NCBI GenBank assembly: GCA_051294905.1
Contig: CM119371.1
Span: 8,186,001-8,250,000, forward strand
Source of the DNA: Botryllus schlosseri
Lineage: Eukaryota
DNA length: 64,000 nt
Direction of reading: 5' to 3'
The number at the start of each line of letters is the position of its first letter. The first letter of the stretch is position 1. Positions 37,649 to 50,889 of this stretch are shown here, piece after piece. The notes below the pieces were generated by a model. The model ran no database searches. It saw only the letters and a program-made list of their open reading frames with translations, and had not been told where the DNA came from. A program made the translations under genes and the position numbers.

Positions 37649-39149
37649 CCCTACAGTATCGTGAATTGGTTTATGGTAAAGTGTTTCAAGTTTTTACTTG
37701 TGATGGTGCTAACACCGGCTACGCAGTTTCTTCACTTTTTATGTATCAATATCTTGCCATTAGCTTGCTGCAAAGTGTTTCTTCAAGTATCCCAAATTAA
37801 TGGAGGAATTTTTCCATTACTAATGTCCTGTCAATCCGCACACATCTAGGTAAAATGCAACAATAATTGCTAGTCAAATTTGTCGTACCTCTGTATTGCT
37901 GTCTGAGGTGGTAAAAGTCGTATGCGTTGTTGCAAAAGTAGAACTAGCAATATCCAGGTCATTCTAAATTTACTTGTTAAATTTACTCCAACTAGGAGTT
38001 GAAAATGAAGGTATGGAAAGTACTTGAGCAGGTAGTTTGAAAACTTCGATTCGGACCAGGTGTCGCATTCTTTTAGCAGTTGTAAAGTGGTTGCCACTTT
38101 CGAAATTGCTGCTTCGTGTTTGTGAAAAATATGATGCTACGTCCATTTTTCGAGAATATATAAATTCAGTTGCTAACATTGTTGTTATACTGATTCTATT
38201 TTGACCGGTCAGTGTGAGAACGACAACCATGTTCCAAAACTCATTTAAACATTACAAAATCCGAAATGTAAAAGTAGGTAATTTTTCTAATAACTCGAGA
38301 AGTAGAAGTGGTATAACATCACCGCTAGAGTAGGTAGTGCAAGTAGGTAAACCCGAGTACTTAACAAATCAACTGTATACTTAGTTAAACACCTCTGGTT
38401 ATTATGAAAGTGTGTCTTATATTTGGAATATTGCCGCCATAGTATTTTGTTATGTTGTTTTATACCTTGATATGGTAGTCCTGTGATTTTTATCTAGTTG
38501 TATGAGGGGGTGTCTTCTGTAATATTTCAACTATACCTCCGAGCTCAGTACCTCAATTATACAATATTGCAATTATTGGTGTTGGAATATTTTGCACAAT
38601 GCCTGCTGCCTTTTACTCTTTGCACCATTATGAGTGTGTGTAGAACTGGGCCTAACGACTTATTATCTCTTATTGGCAATAAACTCATTGTTCCTGAATT
38701 ATTGTGACTCAGTATTATTACATTAGGGGCGGTAGTTTGAAAAGCAGCATTTAGCAAACGTGGTTCAGAACCAAGGTGGTTAAGGTTAGCCTTTCAGAAA
38801 CGTTTACTGATCGCTACAAATCGTCCACAGAATGTCGCGATTGTAACGTCAGCGCCAAACGTTCAACGTGCAAGAGTTGACGCGTTTTTCACGCGTCCGT
38901 CACGTTATCTTGTTTGCGGGGTTGGCGTTCCTCTGTTATCTTGCAAAAGTTACTAAGCAAACCAGCAGTAAGTAGGTAAATATACTGACTCACACGGAAT
39001 AAATTATGTGGAGTGTTCCCTTTTCATGACCTAATAGTCACACTGACCTTAATCAGGTAGATGTTGTTATATGGATATTGCGAAGTCACGAAGCAAGGGA
39101 TGGTCACTGAAGGTACAGACATAGAACAAAATTTTCTCTTCACCTCATG

Positions 39150-39421
39150 AAAGTGTTAGGTTGTCAATAGATACGATAATTACCAAATTTGTTTCAATTC
39201 CAACCAGTGGAAGCAGGGTTATTGGCTTGTTGCCGTCGAAAAATTGTGATTTGAATAAAGTAGTATTTACGGTGGGCACCACTATGTTAAATAATTGAAG
39301 AATTGACCACCGTAAATACTATTTTATTGATGATCCAAATTTTGCGGCGGCAGTATATCCGCTTCCACTGGTTGAAATTGAACCAAACTTGGTGAAGACC
39401 GCCGTTTCTATTACCTAACAA
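39150..39421. repeat. Imperfect ~270-bp palindrome (old foldback MITE)
   Basis: accaaatttgtttcaattccaaccagtggaagc pairs with gcttccactggttgaaattgaaccaaacttggt, and tagtatttacggtgg pairs with ccaccgtaaatacta, around a centre at ~39290. Confidence 0.8.
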
Positions 39422-39718
39422 TTTTTCAAGTAGTCAGTATACTCTGTACGGTTCGAGAAAAAAAGTCAATTTTGAACACTCCATACTCTTCATAGCGTCG
39501 TTGGCACTCTCTTTGATGACAGTATTGCTGCATTTCGACAGATATTGTTGAAGGGTTCCTTCATTGCAGTAGCGTATACTTCACATACAGTTTCGAATAG
39601 CTGCATCCGATTTAGTTCATATGGTGAGTCAGTAAGCAATCTGAAATATAGTTTCGGAGCCATGATTCCAAAGCCGATAACCTTTCGCTCTCAGCATACG
39701 TTCATTGTTCATGGATAG

Positions 39719-40139
39719 CAGAGATGAGCATGGATTAGGATTAGGAGTTGAAAAAACAGGATTTGTGAAATTTTTTCGGATTTGGATTGGATTAGGACTA
39801 GAGATTTTTTTCTGAACGGATTAGGATTTGGATGGGATTTACCGATTTTCAGGGAGATTGATTTGTCGTGTGGCGAATAGCGACAAACTTTATTTAGATC
39901 AGCTATTAATTTACTCATGGTTACTAAGTTATCTTGAATCGAGGGGATAGTTGGTAGTGAAAGAAAAATTTCCAATCCCTCCCTTCCATAAATTAGGATT
40001 TTTTCTGAATTTCCAGTTGGAATCGGATTAGGATTGGACATGGACTTGAATATGAAAAAGTTATGGATTAGGATTTGGATTTGAAGGTTCAGATTTGGAT
40101 TGGATTAGGACATAGAAATTCCAAATCCGCTCATCTATG
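39719..40139. mobile_element. hAT MITE with GGATT(A/T)GGATT repeats
   Basis: cagagatgagc/gctcatctatg; perfect TSD ATGGATAG. Confidence 0.9.
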
Positions 40140-40258
40140 ATGGATAGATGCGGTTCAATTCATCTTCACAATACCAAACAGTATACATTGTACTACAAAT
40201 GTCATCGGCAAGACGCATAATATGTTCGTCACGTCTATACATGGTCAATGGTCTAGGT

Positions 40259-40935
40259 CAGGGCTTCTCAACCCGCGGCCCGCAGACGTTTGTTTATCTT
40301 GCGGCCCGCAACATCTTTAATTATGAACGCATTTACTACTGGCACATTATTGTACTGGCCCGGTAAATCGCACAATCATTGACTCATTGGTTGGCAGTCC
40401 GAAATTACACAAGATACAGCGATTTAGTCGGTATCGATCAATTGATGACTCTAAATCGACTCGTAAATTTTGCATCGAGCCCGGAGTTAATCTGCATTTA
40501 TGAAGCGTCGAGTCAAGTCAAGTCATTTGTCCAAGGTGACTCAAGTCATGCGAATAAGGTGACTGGAGTCATCCCAACACTGATGGACGAAAACGTAGGT
40601 AGACACGAACAGAGCAAGTAGATTAATGTCCATCTTTTCAGATTGGCAAACTTGAATTGATTCTGTGACGCATAAAATTTGTCATTACTTACAAAATAAA
40701 ATTTCACTTTCAGAGTAAGAACTCTCGGCGGGCCGGATCCGACCCGCGGGACGTATGTTGTCCGCCCCTGCTTTAGAATGCATAAAAATGTACTAAACAC
40801 CCGTATAGGCCTACGACTCGTAAATAGGCTACAGTAGCCTAAATTTATTGGTAACCCGCAAATAATGTTCTGCGGCCCGCGTCGTCTTTTGCTGGTAAAA
40901 TGCGGCCCTTATTCATGGGAAGTTGAGAACCCCTG
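40259..40935. mobile_element. hAT MITE with nested fragments
   Basis: cagggcttctcaac/gttgagaacccctg; TSD gtctaggt/gtctatgt. Confidence 0.85.
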
Positions 40936-40947
40936 GTCTATGTAAAG

Positions 40948-42218
40948 CAGTGGTTCTTAACTTTTTTCCTCCTGCGCCCCCTTTCAAAAATTATCGTGCT
41001 CCAGCGCCGCCCAACCTCATATTGTAAGGAATGTAATGAAGACAATGAGTAAGAGGGAGAGCCGTAACAGCACTTCGTCAACCATCTAAAAACGATTGCC
41101 TTGCACACCCATAGCGTGATAAACCAAACTTTTGAGGGATTCGCCCCCAAGAACCCCGTAGCGTGATTTCGATGGTCAGCAAAGTTTGTGTGGCCTGGTC
41201 GCCCTAGGTACCAAACTTTTCTATAATGCATGAATGAATAGGTGGTAGTTACATATATAAGCCGCTATAAACTTTTTATCCACTCAGCCCACGAAATCAG
41301 ATTTACCAGTAGCGCTGAGTGAGCTATTGTATGGGAAAATAAAGGACACATAATTAATAATTAAACATATTTGGGCGTGCCCGTAATAACAATTAATTCG
41401 TTACTAGGGACGTAACAGCACTTCCTCAGCCCCCCAAAAAACGTTGGTATTGGTCCCCCATCGCGTGATACACCAAACTTCCGGTGTCTTCGCCCAAAGA
41501 CCCCCCTTCTGATATCCGCTATTTGCTGATACTAGTCATCTACAGTGGGTTTCCACTGTCCATTTACTAAGCCAGCTATTCTCATCTAGACGCGTGAAGC
41601 GCGAGAAGTCTTTTGCCACGAAATCAGCTGTATACTGTTAGCGAGCCAGTGCGAAGCGCGAAAACTTTCGATAATTCATGATAAAATCGGTCAGTAAGAT
41701 CGGAAATTGCATATATATTGCTATGTATTCCTTGTCCTCTCTGCTCACGTTACCGGATTTACCGGTAGAGCTGAGTGAGGTACATTGTTCCCTCTGAGTT
41801 GCGCACGTGCGCAGTGCTGTCACGGTCTCTGCGCACAGAAAATCTACGTTGCGCACAACAAATCTGAAGTTATGACCTTTTTTAGCCGTTACGCACTGTT
41901 GTGCCTGTACCTCTTCTGGGGTTCAGATTGCCAAGACAGGAACATTCGGTGCCAGTCATTTAGGCGCCCATGGACAATTAAACCTATATGTCTTTTGTAG
42001 GCTATATATAACGAAGTTTTCGGTGTTACTTTGCTCTGAATACCCATTAAGGATATGTCCTACCACCACATCATCTACTGCGAATCAATTTTTCTCCAAC
42101 GCCCCCCATACCGCCCCCTGTGCCCAGCGCCCCCCATTTTGCCCCCTAAGCGTTTCCGCCCCCTGCAAAATCGCCAGCGTCCCTTGGGGGGTGCTGGAGG
42201 CAAGGTTAAGAACCACTG
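40948..42218. mobile_element. hAT MITE with an internally duplicated module
   Basis: cagtggttcttaac/gttaagaaccactg; perfect TSD ATGTAAAG; ~41060-41390 is repeated at ~41410-41780 and is related to ~13060-13400. Confidence 0.88.
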
Positions 42219-44051
42219 ATGTAAAGGCTTCCGCCGCCCTGCCGACCAATCCGCATGTTCCTTTCCGTGTGTTCGATAGTGAACCTACCGATACAAACAA
42301 TATATAGCCTTTGTCTTTTCGTGTTTCATTATTCCGCTTAATAACTTCATTAACCAGTGAAGTAATAAAGGCCCGTATTGATCACTCACATCCAATGCAC
42401 TTGGGCAATGGCTGATTATTGCGATTTTTGGCGTGCTTATGTCGTGCCTACAGTAGTGCATGCTTCATTGAAGGAGACTGTAACGCCCGCAACACTGGAT
42501 ACCGTCAGGTCCAGTGCATATAGCATGCTTGATTTTGGGACGTATTCGTAGGTTTAACTTCCCTTTTGTATATTACGGGATTCCAAATCACTGAATATGA
42601 ACAATGAACATTCTTCGTTGCAAAGTTCGGACTTGCCACAACACCCTCAACCCGCCCACTCTACGAAACAAAAAAATCATTAACACATTTCGCTCAGTGA
42701 CTTGCGCAGACGAATATTTTGTTGAGACTGTTCTACATGTACAGATCAATGAGTTACAGTATTCATATTTATTACGTTTTTAAGTTATCAGCAGCTGGAT
42801 TAGGAGCAGATTTGTTTATTCATGTAGATAGCCATAACGGAAAGAACTATATATTCTTACATTAGATATATATATATTCTGAAGTTAAGTTCTCTACCGG
42901 CACAATGGAGTCCGTTGACGGAAGTACTGAATTGATTACTACGGTAAAACTATAGCTTGTATGTTTTGTAGCCTACTCCGCGCCCTTCGTGTCGGTCAAT
43001 CTTTAATTCGAGTAATTGCACGTAGATACAGATATTCTAGGAAGGACGTCAGTTACAGTAATCTTACTCAATCTTCGATTATGACTTATTCGAATCAGCA
43101 CCGTGTACATTTATTTTCCGTTATCCCAAATTCCTATCGAGTCAGCTGCATATCGAAAAAATACCTAGTGAATTGCATAAGAAAGATTAAAGAGATCTAG
43201 TGTGCCGAATTGATACGAATAAACGTGCATTTTCAGAGATGTACCAGAAATTATTGTATTGAATTCTAAGAAATTCGAGAAGCATCACATCGTTTCCAGT
43301 AGAGGAAAAGGTCGAGCTCTTGTACTAGTAGATTAGCTATTGCTATAGTTATTGGCGGATCTCAACTCGAACCGTGTTTCCGAAGACAAAGATTCAAGCC
43401 ACGTTGTTTTAGTGGCAATCATCTGCTTGGTTATTAGCGGAACCATATTCTATTCGAGTCCTACAGGATCATAAGTGGTTCACATCGATTTCGAATCTGT
43501 ATTTTATTTTGCTCATCCTTACTTCCATGCATCATCTGGTAGTGGTCAGGGGAAAAGTGATATCAGTCACACTATTCCCCGAATGTATGATGAATGCGTG
43601 CTCACATAAAAACAATTAGCTGGGACTTCAAAATCTGTGAATCAATTTATCAAATATATTCGAGCCATTATGTGATAAGTCGCGTGATCTGCAAAGTTAT
43701 TACTACCTTCGTAAATAAATATTGTCAGCCTGTGCGCTTCTCTGTCATCTACCAGGACAAACAAACGTTATCGTTGGATGACTTGCAATAAAATCAGTTT
43801 TGTTGACCGAGCTGCTTTCGCGGTCCAAAAGTCGCAATGTCGTAGTTGGAGTATTTATTGCTATTCACTAATGTTAACCAATAGAAATTATTATTACGCT
43901 AACTTGTACACAACTGATATGTTCAATATGGTATGTAAGACACGAAGTCATTGCATAATTCCTATCACAGGCTGTCCACTTGTAGACGAATGGCGGCCAT
44001 TGGTTTCATCCAGCTTTTAATTTCGTGGCTCCGTGTGATGAAGCTATATAT

Positions 44052-45468
44052 CAGTGGTCGGGAACCTTTTTCGTCCGAAGAGCCATATTGCGCCTATATT
44101 TTTCATTTTAACTCCAAAAGAGCCATACATCTCGATCAACTATTACGTCACAATTGAAAAATGGTGACGTCATAGTAGCACCAATTCGAAATCACTACAC
44201 GGGATACGTCGTTTGCACCTATTTCCTCGGTAAAAACTCTTACTAATCATGCTGATCGTCATATTTGAGTAATGATCATACCAAACTTGAGTTACATAGA
44301 TCTTTTGCAAGTTATATATTTCTAATCGTATTGCACTGGGTGGCCTGTGATATTTTTCGAAGCCCAAGACAATTAACATTTAAAATTCCAACATACGTAG
44401 TAGCAGTGAATATACTTTTACAAGCTTTTTACAGTTAATGCATCCGTCCGGTGTTACATGTTATTCCTGATGGCTTTGTAGTCTGGTTGATAATTGTTGT
44501 TCATACAAAATTTGAGACTTCCTTCAGTTATACGATATCGTAGGTTCGTTTTTGATGCCTCTCTTAGATGCGAGGACCCATGATGACATACGTAGGTCGA
44601 GCCAAACATGGTTACTATACAGCAGTATACATACCCATTGTAATGTGTGATGTGTCAATGACGTGGGGTCAGGGGAGGCAAGTGAGCCAGCGCCTCACCT
44701 GTCTACTAGATTTTGAACATTTCTACTACCTAATTGTTCGACAATAAAGCGTGAAAGTAGAGGTAAGGCATATGTGAAGCACGCCCGGGCCATGCCTTAC
44801 TTGTGATAGCGCAATTCGTCGGAAATATCTTAGAACTTATAATAACTGATATTAATCGAATGTAATCGTCGCACTGATACCGATTCGATTTCTCAATTCT
44901 CAAAGTATTCGGCGGTAACTTAACTTTGCGGCACACATCCATATTTCAAAAGCGACTACAAAGCGACACGTTGTCAATCAATAACGTGGATTGCTATGGT
45001 GTTGCTTGTAATTTGAATTTGTAATTGTGAATGTCACTTCAACCCACGACAATTTATTTCTCGCCGTAGATCAGTAAGAAAATATATATTTGAAAACTGC
45101 ATTGTGATACAGGCGCCGCCATGTCTCCTATAGGCTCTCTGATCAATCAACGTATCGTACAATCCAAGATTTCGTGGCGGGTATATCGAAATCCAGAGTG
45201 ATATTGGTCGCCGGCGATACATCAGCTTAAATTTGGGGATTTTGAAAAGGGGGTCCGAGCCCCAAACCCTGACTACGCAACTGTATAAACCTCTCAAAAA
45301 CATGTTTATAGTACCACAAGAATAATTATACTGGCGGTGCTGAAGATTTATGAACAAGTTGCTGCAGTTTTGATAAATTAAGCACACAAACAAAAATTTC
45401 GAAAAGAGCCATATCTTATGCCCATAAGAGCCATATATGGCTCGCGAGCCATAGGTTCCCGACCACTG
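44052..45468. mobile_element. hAT MITE, CAGTGGTCGGGAACC family
   Basis: Perfect 16-bp TIRs; perfect TSD CTATATAT. Confidence 0.92.
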
Positions 45469-47436
45469 CTATATATGCAAGCCTCTCCAAAAGTATTTTC
45501 AATGGTGAACTAAAAATTTGGTAATTGCGCTTACGCGAGAAGCACACATATGTTATTATATATGGACTCGCAGTGTGGGGAACAATGAAGAAAATGTATA
45601 TATTTTGCCCTAAATTGCATTTAAATTTGTATTTCGTCATCTGTAACCGTATTGTGAAGCATTTGGCCTCCAACTCACCCAGTACTAATACTTGGATCAT
45701 TGTAGCGCATTTGACGAATCCCATGTAGTTTACTTCTATGACAACTTCACTAATAGTTTTTTTTTGTGACTTTACGGTGAATTGGAATTAGTTTATGGTC
45801 CCTTGTATAATCGTTGGAATACAGAGTTAATATATTTCATTTAGCGAAAAACTTTAAAACGAACCCAAAGCTGAACTGACAGTCAAGAGTAAAGCACGAC
45901 CGATTTGATTTTGGAGCAGATACCGATAAAACATATACCCGCGATATATTCAGCCGATATCCAAAATGTAGGTTAGGGATCTTTTCCAATTTTATACGAA
46001 AAAAATAAGGAATCTCAAATTTCTTTGCATTTCCTCATCATTCCGTTCCGTCCAGATTTCAATTGAGCTGAAACATTTTAAAACCGTAATCGTAAGTATG
46101 ACTTCGCTCTTTACGTTAGGAATTGCAAGTGACAAAATTGTAGTTATATTCCCTGCATATCAACATTTTATTAAGAACAAGGTGATCATGCTATTATACA
46201 TACTACCATAGAAATGTAGGCCCTATTTGCAGCTTCATGTTTAAAACAAATAAAATAAAATACCCAAATCAGTTAATATTCAATTTACACGTAAAGAAAG
46301 TTATTTCATCACTAAGTCGCCCGATCAAACACTATAGCTCTGATATATTCCTAATGTTAAAGTCATATACCGTTCAATGGAGTTTTTTCCTGTCTCTATT
46401 TGGAAATGCAGACAGCATTGCTATATTTCTAGAATAGCTTCAAGAGCCACATAATATTTCTAAAGCGGATACTGGCTGACGACTCTAAATTGGGAGCCAG
46501 CGAATACCACTGCACATAAAATATGCCGTGGTAACACTGTCGCCGATTCTTCAGTGGTTCGCATGGTTCCTAGCTTAAATATACAATTCTCGAATCACAT
46601 GATCCATACCCGCACCGGGTACCGTATTTGTAGTGACAGCTAAATTTGGTACATGATTTCACCTCTTCGTGAAATAAATCTAGGTAATAGAAAACTGATA
46701 TGTGCTGCAATTGGTGACAGAGGTACATGAAAAATCTTCCACAACATTTCCTATGGTCGATTAATTGATGAGATTTTAAAAAAAGAAGTGAAATGAAACG
46801 ATATCGTAAAGCCTTGGATAGTTTAAGTGATATGGTCCGCGATATGTATCATGTCGCAACCAAACAAGCAGAATGCTTGATCGCTGTATCATAGTGTATC
46901 AAAGTACGGAAAGTTTTCTAATTGTAAATAAATAACGGTCACATTGCGATATTGCTGATTGCTTTAGAATCTAACATTGTGGACTTTATGTTAAGTTGAG
47001 CCGTTACAGATTGACAATATATATGAGCATGGGCAAATACGGTCGATAGTAAAAGCGTATTTTCAATCCAAAATATGTCTGTGCGAGTCAATTATCACAT
47101 ATATTTCAGTAAGAAAGAGCGCTATTATAATAAAATCAAAAAACGACGTCGCATTGAGGCGCTCGCAGCGCGAAGAAAATTTAAACTCGGGAGTCAGTTC
47201 GTATAGATTCAATTTTCATGTCGACGGCCGTCAACACGTTATAATTGAATTACGTGACCACGACCGCACAAATTTCCAGCTACGGCCGCAGGTTGGCCAC
47301 CCCTGACTTAGATGTAAGTTATCATAACAGCTTAGAATATTTATTCTTGTGGTAGCTAAGACAAAGTCTATGTGAAGTCACAACAGTGGTGAACCCATTT
47401 CAAAATCCTGATATTTAGGTAAAATTGAATAATATC

Positions 47437-49905
47437 TTCATATTGAAATGAGCCCGAATATTTTCGGCTGACACTCGTCAAGGGTAATCGTCAGCAACTA
47501 GTAGAGAATTGGAAAGAATATTGCATTAATGTATATTAGGGCGGTTCAAAAATAACCTTTTTTCTTTAATCTTGCGGGTTACTTGATTAAATCGTTAGGT
47601 TGCTTTAAAAAACGACGCACAGCAAATTTGAATTCATTCCAACCAATATTCGCGGATTTCGTAGAGTTTGAAAATTTTGAATTTGCCTAAAAATGCAAAA
47701 AAAATTGTATATCGACAATCGTATCACAAAATATGACGTCACCAGCATGAAAGAGAGAGCGTTCAATGTACTATTTTTAGGTGGTACACGAACTCCTTTT
47801 ATTGACAGAGTTTTGGTCGGTGTATTTTGATAAGAGTCGACTCCGAGGCACACAAATGGAATTGTGAACGGTCGCGCGCAACTATTCGAAATCGGTCGTC
47901 TCGATAATTATTCGCACTAATCGGATTATGTAACAGATGTTTGCCGATGGCATAATTAATGGCCTTTGATCAGTCAGCATCAATCTTAAGCGGATGAGTT
48001 AGGGTGTACCAGGTAAAAATAGTACATTGAACCAGCGTGTACTCAAAGGTGGTGTTGCCACTCGGAAAATCACGTGACTGTCACGCCCAGATGCATTTGA
48101 TGACTTTGCTAGTATCGATCCGTCTGCAGCAGTAATTAAAGGCGAAGTCGCTATTGGTCTTTGTAGATTTTGACTGTGTTCCATATCGAGTTGGGTGACA
48201 GGATTTGGTATGGTATATTTTGATGCTGTCATCCAGCACTGTACCTCGTTTCAAGGCTGTGACTCAATGATTAGCGTAATAATTTATCTGCCAAAGTCGA
48301 GTATCTGGTAGATGAGCGCGCACCGATACATTGCCGACTTTGATAACGGAATTACTATGTTAATCATTGAGGGACAATCCTGAAACTTACTGCGAAGTTG
48401 TATAACACAACCAAGATATACCATACCGAATTTCGTCATCCATCTCGGTATGGAACACTTTGAAAGGTCACATATACCAATATCAAATTTCGCGAAAATT
48501 CCTTTATGCGGTAGGCTCAATGCCAAATCAGCGCACGCACACCCTGGAAACTAGACTTCGATAACGTACTTACTACTGTAATTATCGAGTCGCAGCCTTG
48601 AAACTTGGTACAGTGTTAGATTCCCTCACCAAGATATATAATAGCCTACGAAATTTTGTTATCCATCGCCGTATAAAATTCATTCAAATTGTACACATAC
48701 CAATACCGGCTTTTGCGAAAAATCTTATATGCGGTATAGGCTGAATGCCAGATCAGCGCGTACCCTGACATACTCGACTTTGATTACGAAATTGCTACCG
48801 TAATCATTGAGTTACAGCTTTAAAACCCGATACAGATCTATATTACGAAATTCTGTTATCCATCGCGAAATAAAATACATTCAAAACTTACATATAGCAA
48901 TTCCAGCTTTTGTGAAAAATCTGTCATGCGGTAGGCTGGATTTCAACTCAGCGGCCAACCTGATATACTCGAATATGATATCTAAATTACTATCCTAGTC
49001 ATCGACTCACACCCTTGAAAATTGATTCAGTGTAAGATGCAATCATCTGGCCTTCAGCCTACCGCATAACAGATTCTTCGCGAAAGACAGTAGTATTAAT
49101 ATGTGTATATTTTGATTGTGTTCTATATGGCGATGGAAAACAAAATTTCGTATTATATACCTTGATGAGGGAATCTAAGACTGTACCAAGTTTCAAGGCT
49201 GTGACTCGATAATTACAGTAGTATGTACGTTATCGAAGTCTAGTATCCAGGGTGTTCATGCGTTGATTTGGCATTGAGCCTACCGCATAAGGGAATTTTC
49301 GCGAAATTTGATATTGGTATATGTGAATTTTCAAAGTGTTCCATACCGAGATGGATGACGAAATTCGGTATGGTATATCTTGGTTGTGTTATACAACTTC
49401 CCAGTAAGTTTCAGGATTGTCACTCAATCATCAGCTTGGTAATTCCGTTATCGAAGTCGGCAATATATCGGTGCGCGCTGATCCAACAGATGCTCGACTT
49501 CGACAGCGAAATTACTTCGCTAATCATTGAGTTACAGCATTGAAACTTGATACAGTGCTAGATGACAGCATCAAAATATACCATACCAAATCCTGTTACC
49601 GAACTCGATATGAAACACAGTCAAAATCTACAAAGACCAATAGCGACTTCGCCTTTAATTACTGCTGCAGACGGATCGATAATAGCAAAGTCATCAAAGG
49701 TATCTGGGCGTGACAGTCACGTGATTTTTCTAATGTCCACACCACCTTTGAGTACACGCTGAATAAACGCTCCCTCTTTCATGCTGGTGACGTCATATTT
49801 TGTGATACGATTGTTGATATGCAATGTTCTTTCCAATTATCTACTAGTCGACGATTACCCCTGACGAGTGTCAGCCGAAAGTATTCGGGTTCATTTCAAT
49901 ATGAA
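47437..49905. mobile_element. Older palindromic element hosting the 48033-49761 foldback
   Basis: 47437-47527 pairs with 49819-49905; 47709-47790 pairs with 48003-48032 plus 49769-49825; fragments of the family at ~20470-20660, ~52690 and ~55800. Confidence 0.75.
48033..49761. mobile_element. 1.73-kb foldback element with degenerate internal subrepeats
   Basis: cagcgtgtactcaaaggtggt/accacctttgagtacacgctg; arms ~48033-48750 and ~49040-49761 (mirror ORFs 48232-/49562+ and 48526-/49268+); TSD degraded. Confidence 0.9.
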
Positions 49906-50288
49906 TATACTATTCAATTGTATATTGCAGTTCTGTACCTCCAAGAAGCTCTGCAATACCGGATGAAATCCTGAAAAAATGGTAATTTTTTCTCAATTCG
50001 TGTTCGATTGACTAAAATAAGGCCAACTTTACGGCTCATATCTCGAAATAGCCGCCGGAGCGTTCGTTACTTCAATGCTGATTTACTGCATGTCAGTCAA
50101 ATTTTTTGCATACAACATTCTAAAAGAAGAGTACATAGGGGCATCCTCTGAGGACACTATCAAAAAAGTAAAAAAGGGGACAAATCCTCTTAAAAGAGGA
50201 AGTGTGGTACCCCTAACATAGAATGTTATTATATATTTTCAGTATTGTCATATACGCTAGCTAATTAGTATACCACGTTATCAAGACC

Positions 50289-50364
50289 ATGGCAGAAGGA
50301 TGTAAATATAACAATTCTGATGTCGCTGATGTCAAGGCTACATCAATATCGCCCGAAATAAGCG
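50289..50364 (+). CDS. NLR gene, first coding exon
   Basis: accATGG context; MAEGCKYNNSDVADVKATSISPEIS; G|GTGAGT donor, phase 1. Confidence 0.6.
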
Positions 50365-50585
50365 GTGAGTATCCCAATGTCTGTATTGAGCTCAGACTAC
50401 TTAAAATACATGATTATATTATCCATCTAAAACAGCTGAGAAGTAATTCAAATACCGTACATTTTGCTCGTTGCGCAAATAATATTCCGAAGTATATCGA
50501 AGAAAATAAAAGAATTCATATTATTTTCTAATAAGGCTGTGTATGGAACCTGGCAAGCAGAGCAATAATAATGTGCTTTTCATAG

Positions 50586-50732
50586 GATCCGCAACTTTGG
50601 CCGAAGGAGAAAATGTCAATCTGAATTTCACAATGAGCTCTGTTAATCTCGTGGCCAGAGATCAAATCAATGCGAACAAGATCGTCTACAATATTACAAG
50701 AGCTGAAGGAGAAACACCTTCCGGGATTATAA
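50586..50732 (+). CDS. NLR gene, exon 2 (N/Q/V/I-rich N-terminal motif)
   Basis: gcttttcatAG acceptor, A|GTCAGT donor, 147 nt, phase 1-1: GSATLAEGENVNLNFTMSSVNLVARDQINANKIVYNITRAEGETPSGII; joins exon 1 and the NACHT exon in frame. Confidence 0.6.
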
Positions 50733-50889
50733 GTCAGTATAATGCTCTTTCATACAATACGGTGTGCATATTTAAGATAATGATCTGCTGAAAGTGCCTT
50801 TTCAATGAATTTCTTATGAGAAATAGCAATGATTGGGAGAGCGTGTCATCCAAGTTACAGCGATGTCATATCGATATTGAGCTCTGGAA

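Noticed and set aside
37700..38760. Possible Mutator/FLYWCH-like coding remnant on the minus strand
   Set aside because: Only an HxH-like hint among many stops; not supportable by eye.
47999..49762. Duplicated ORFs MTASKYTIP.. and MALSLPHKG..
   Set aside because: By-products of the inverted repeat.
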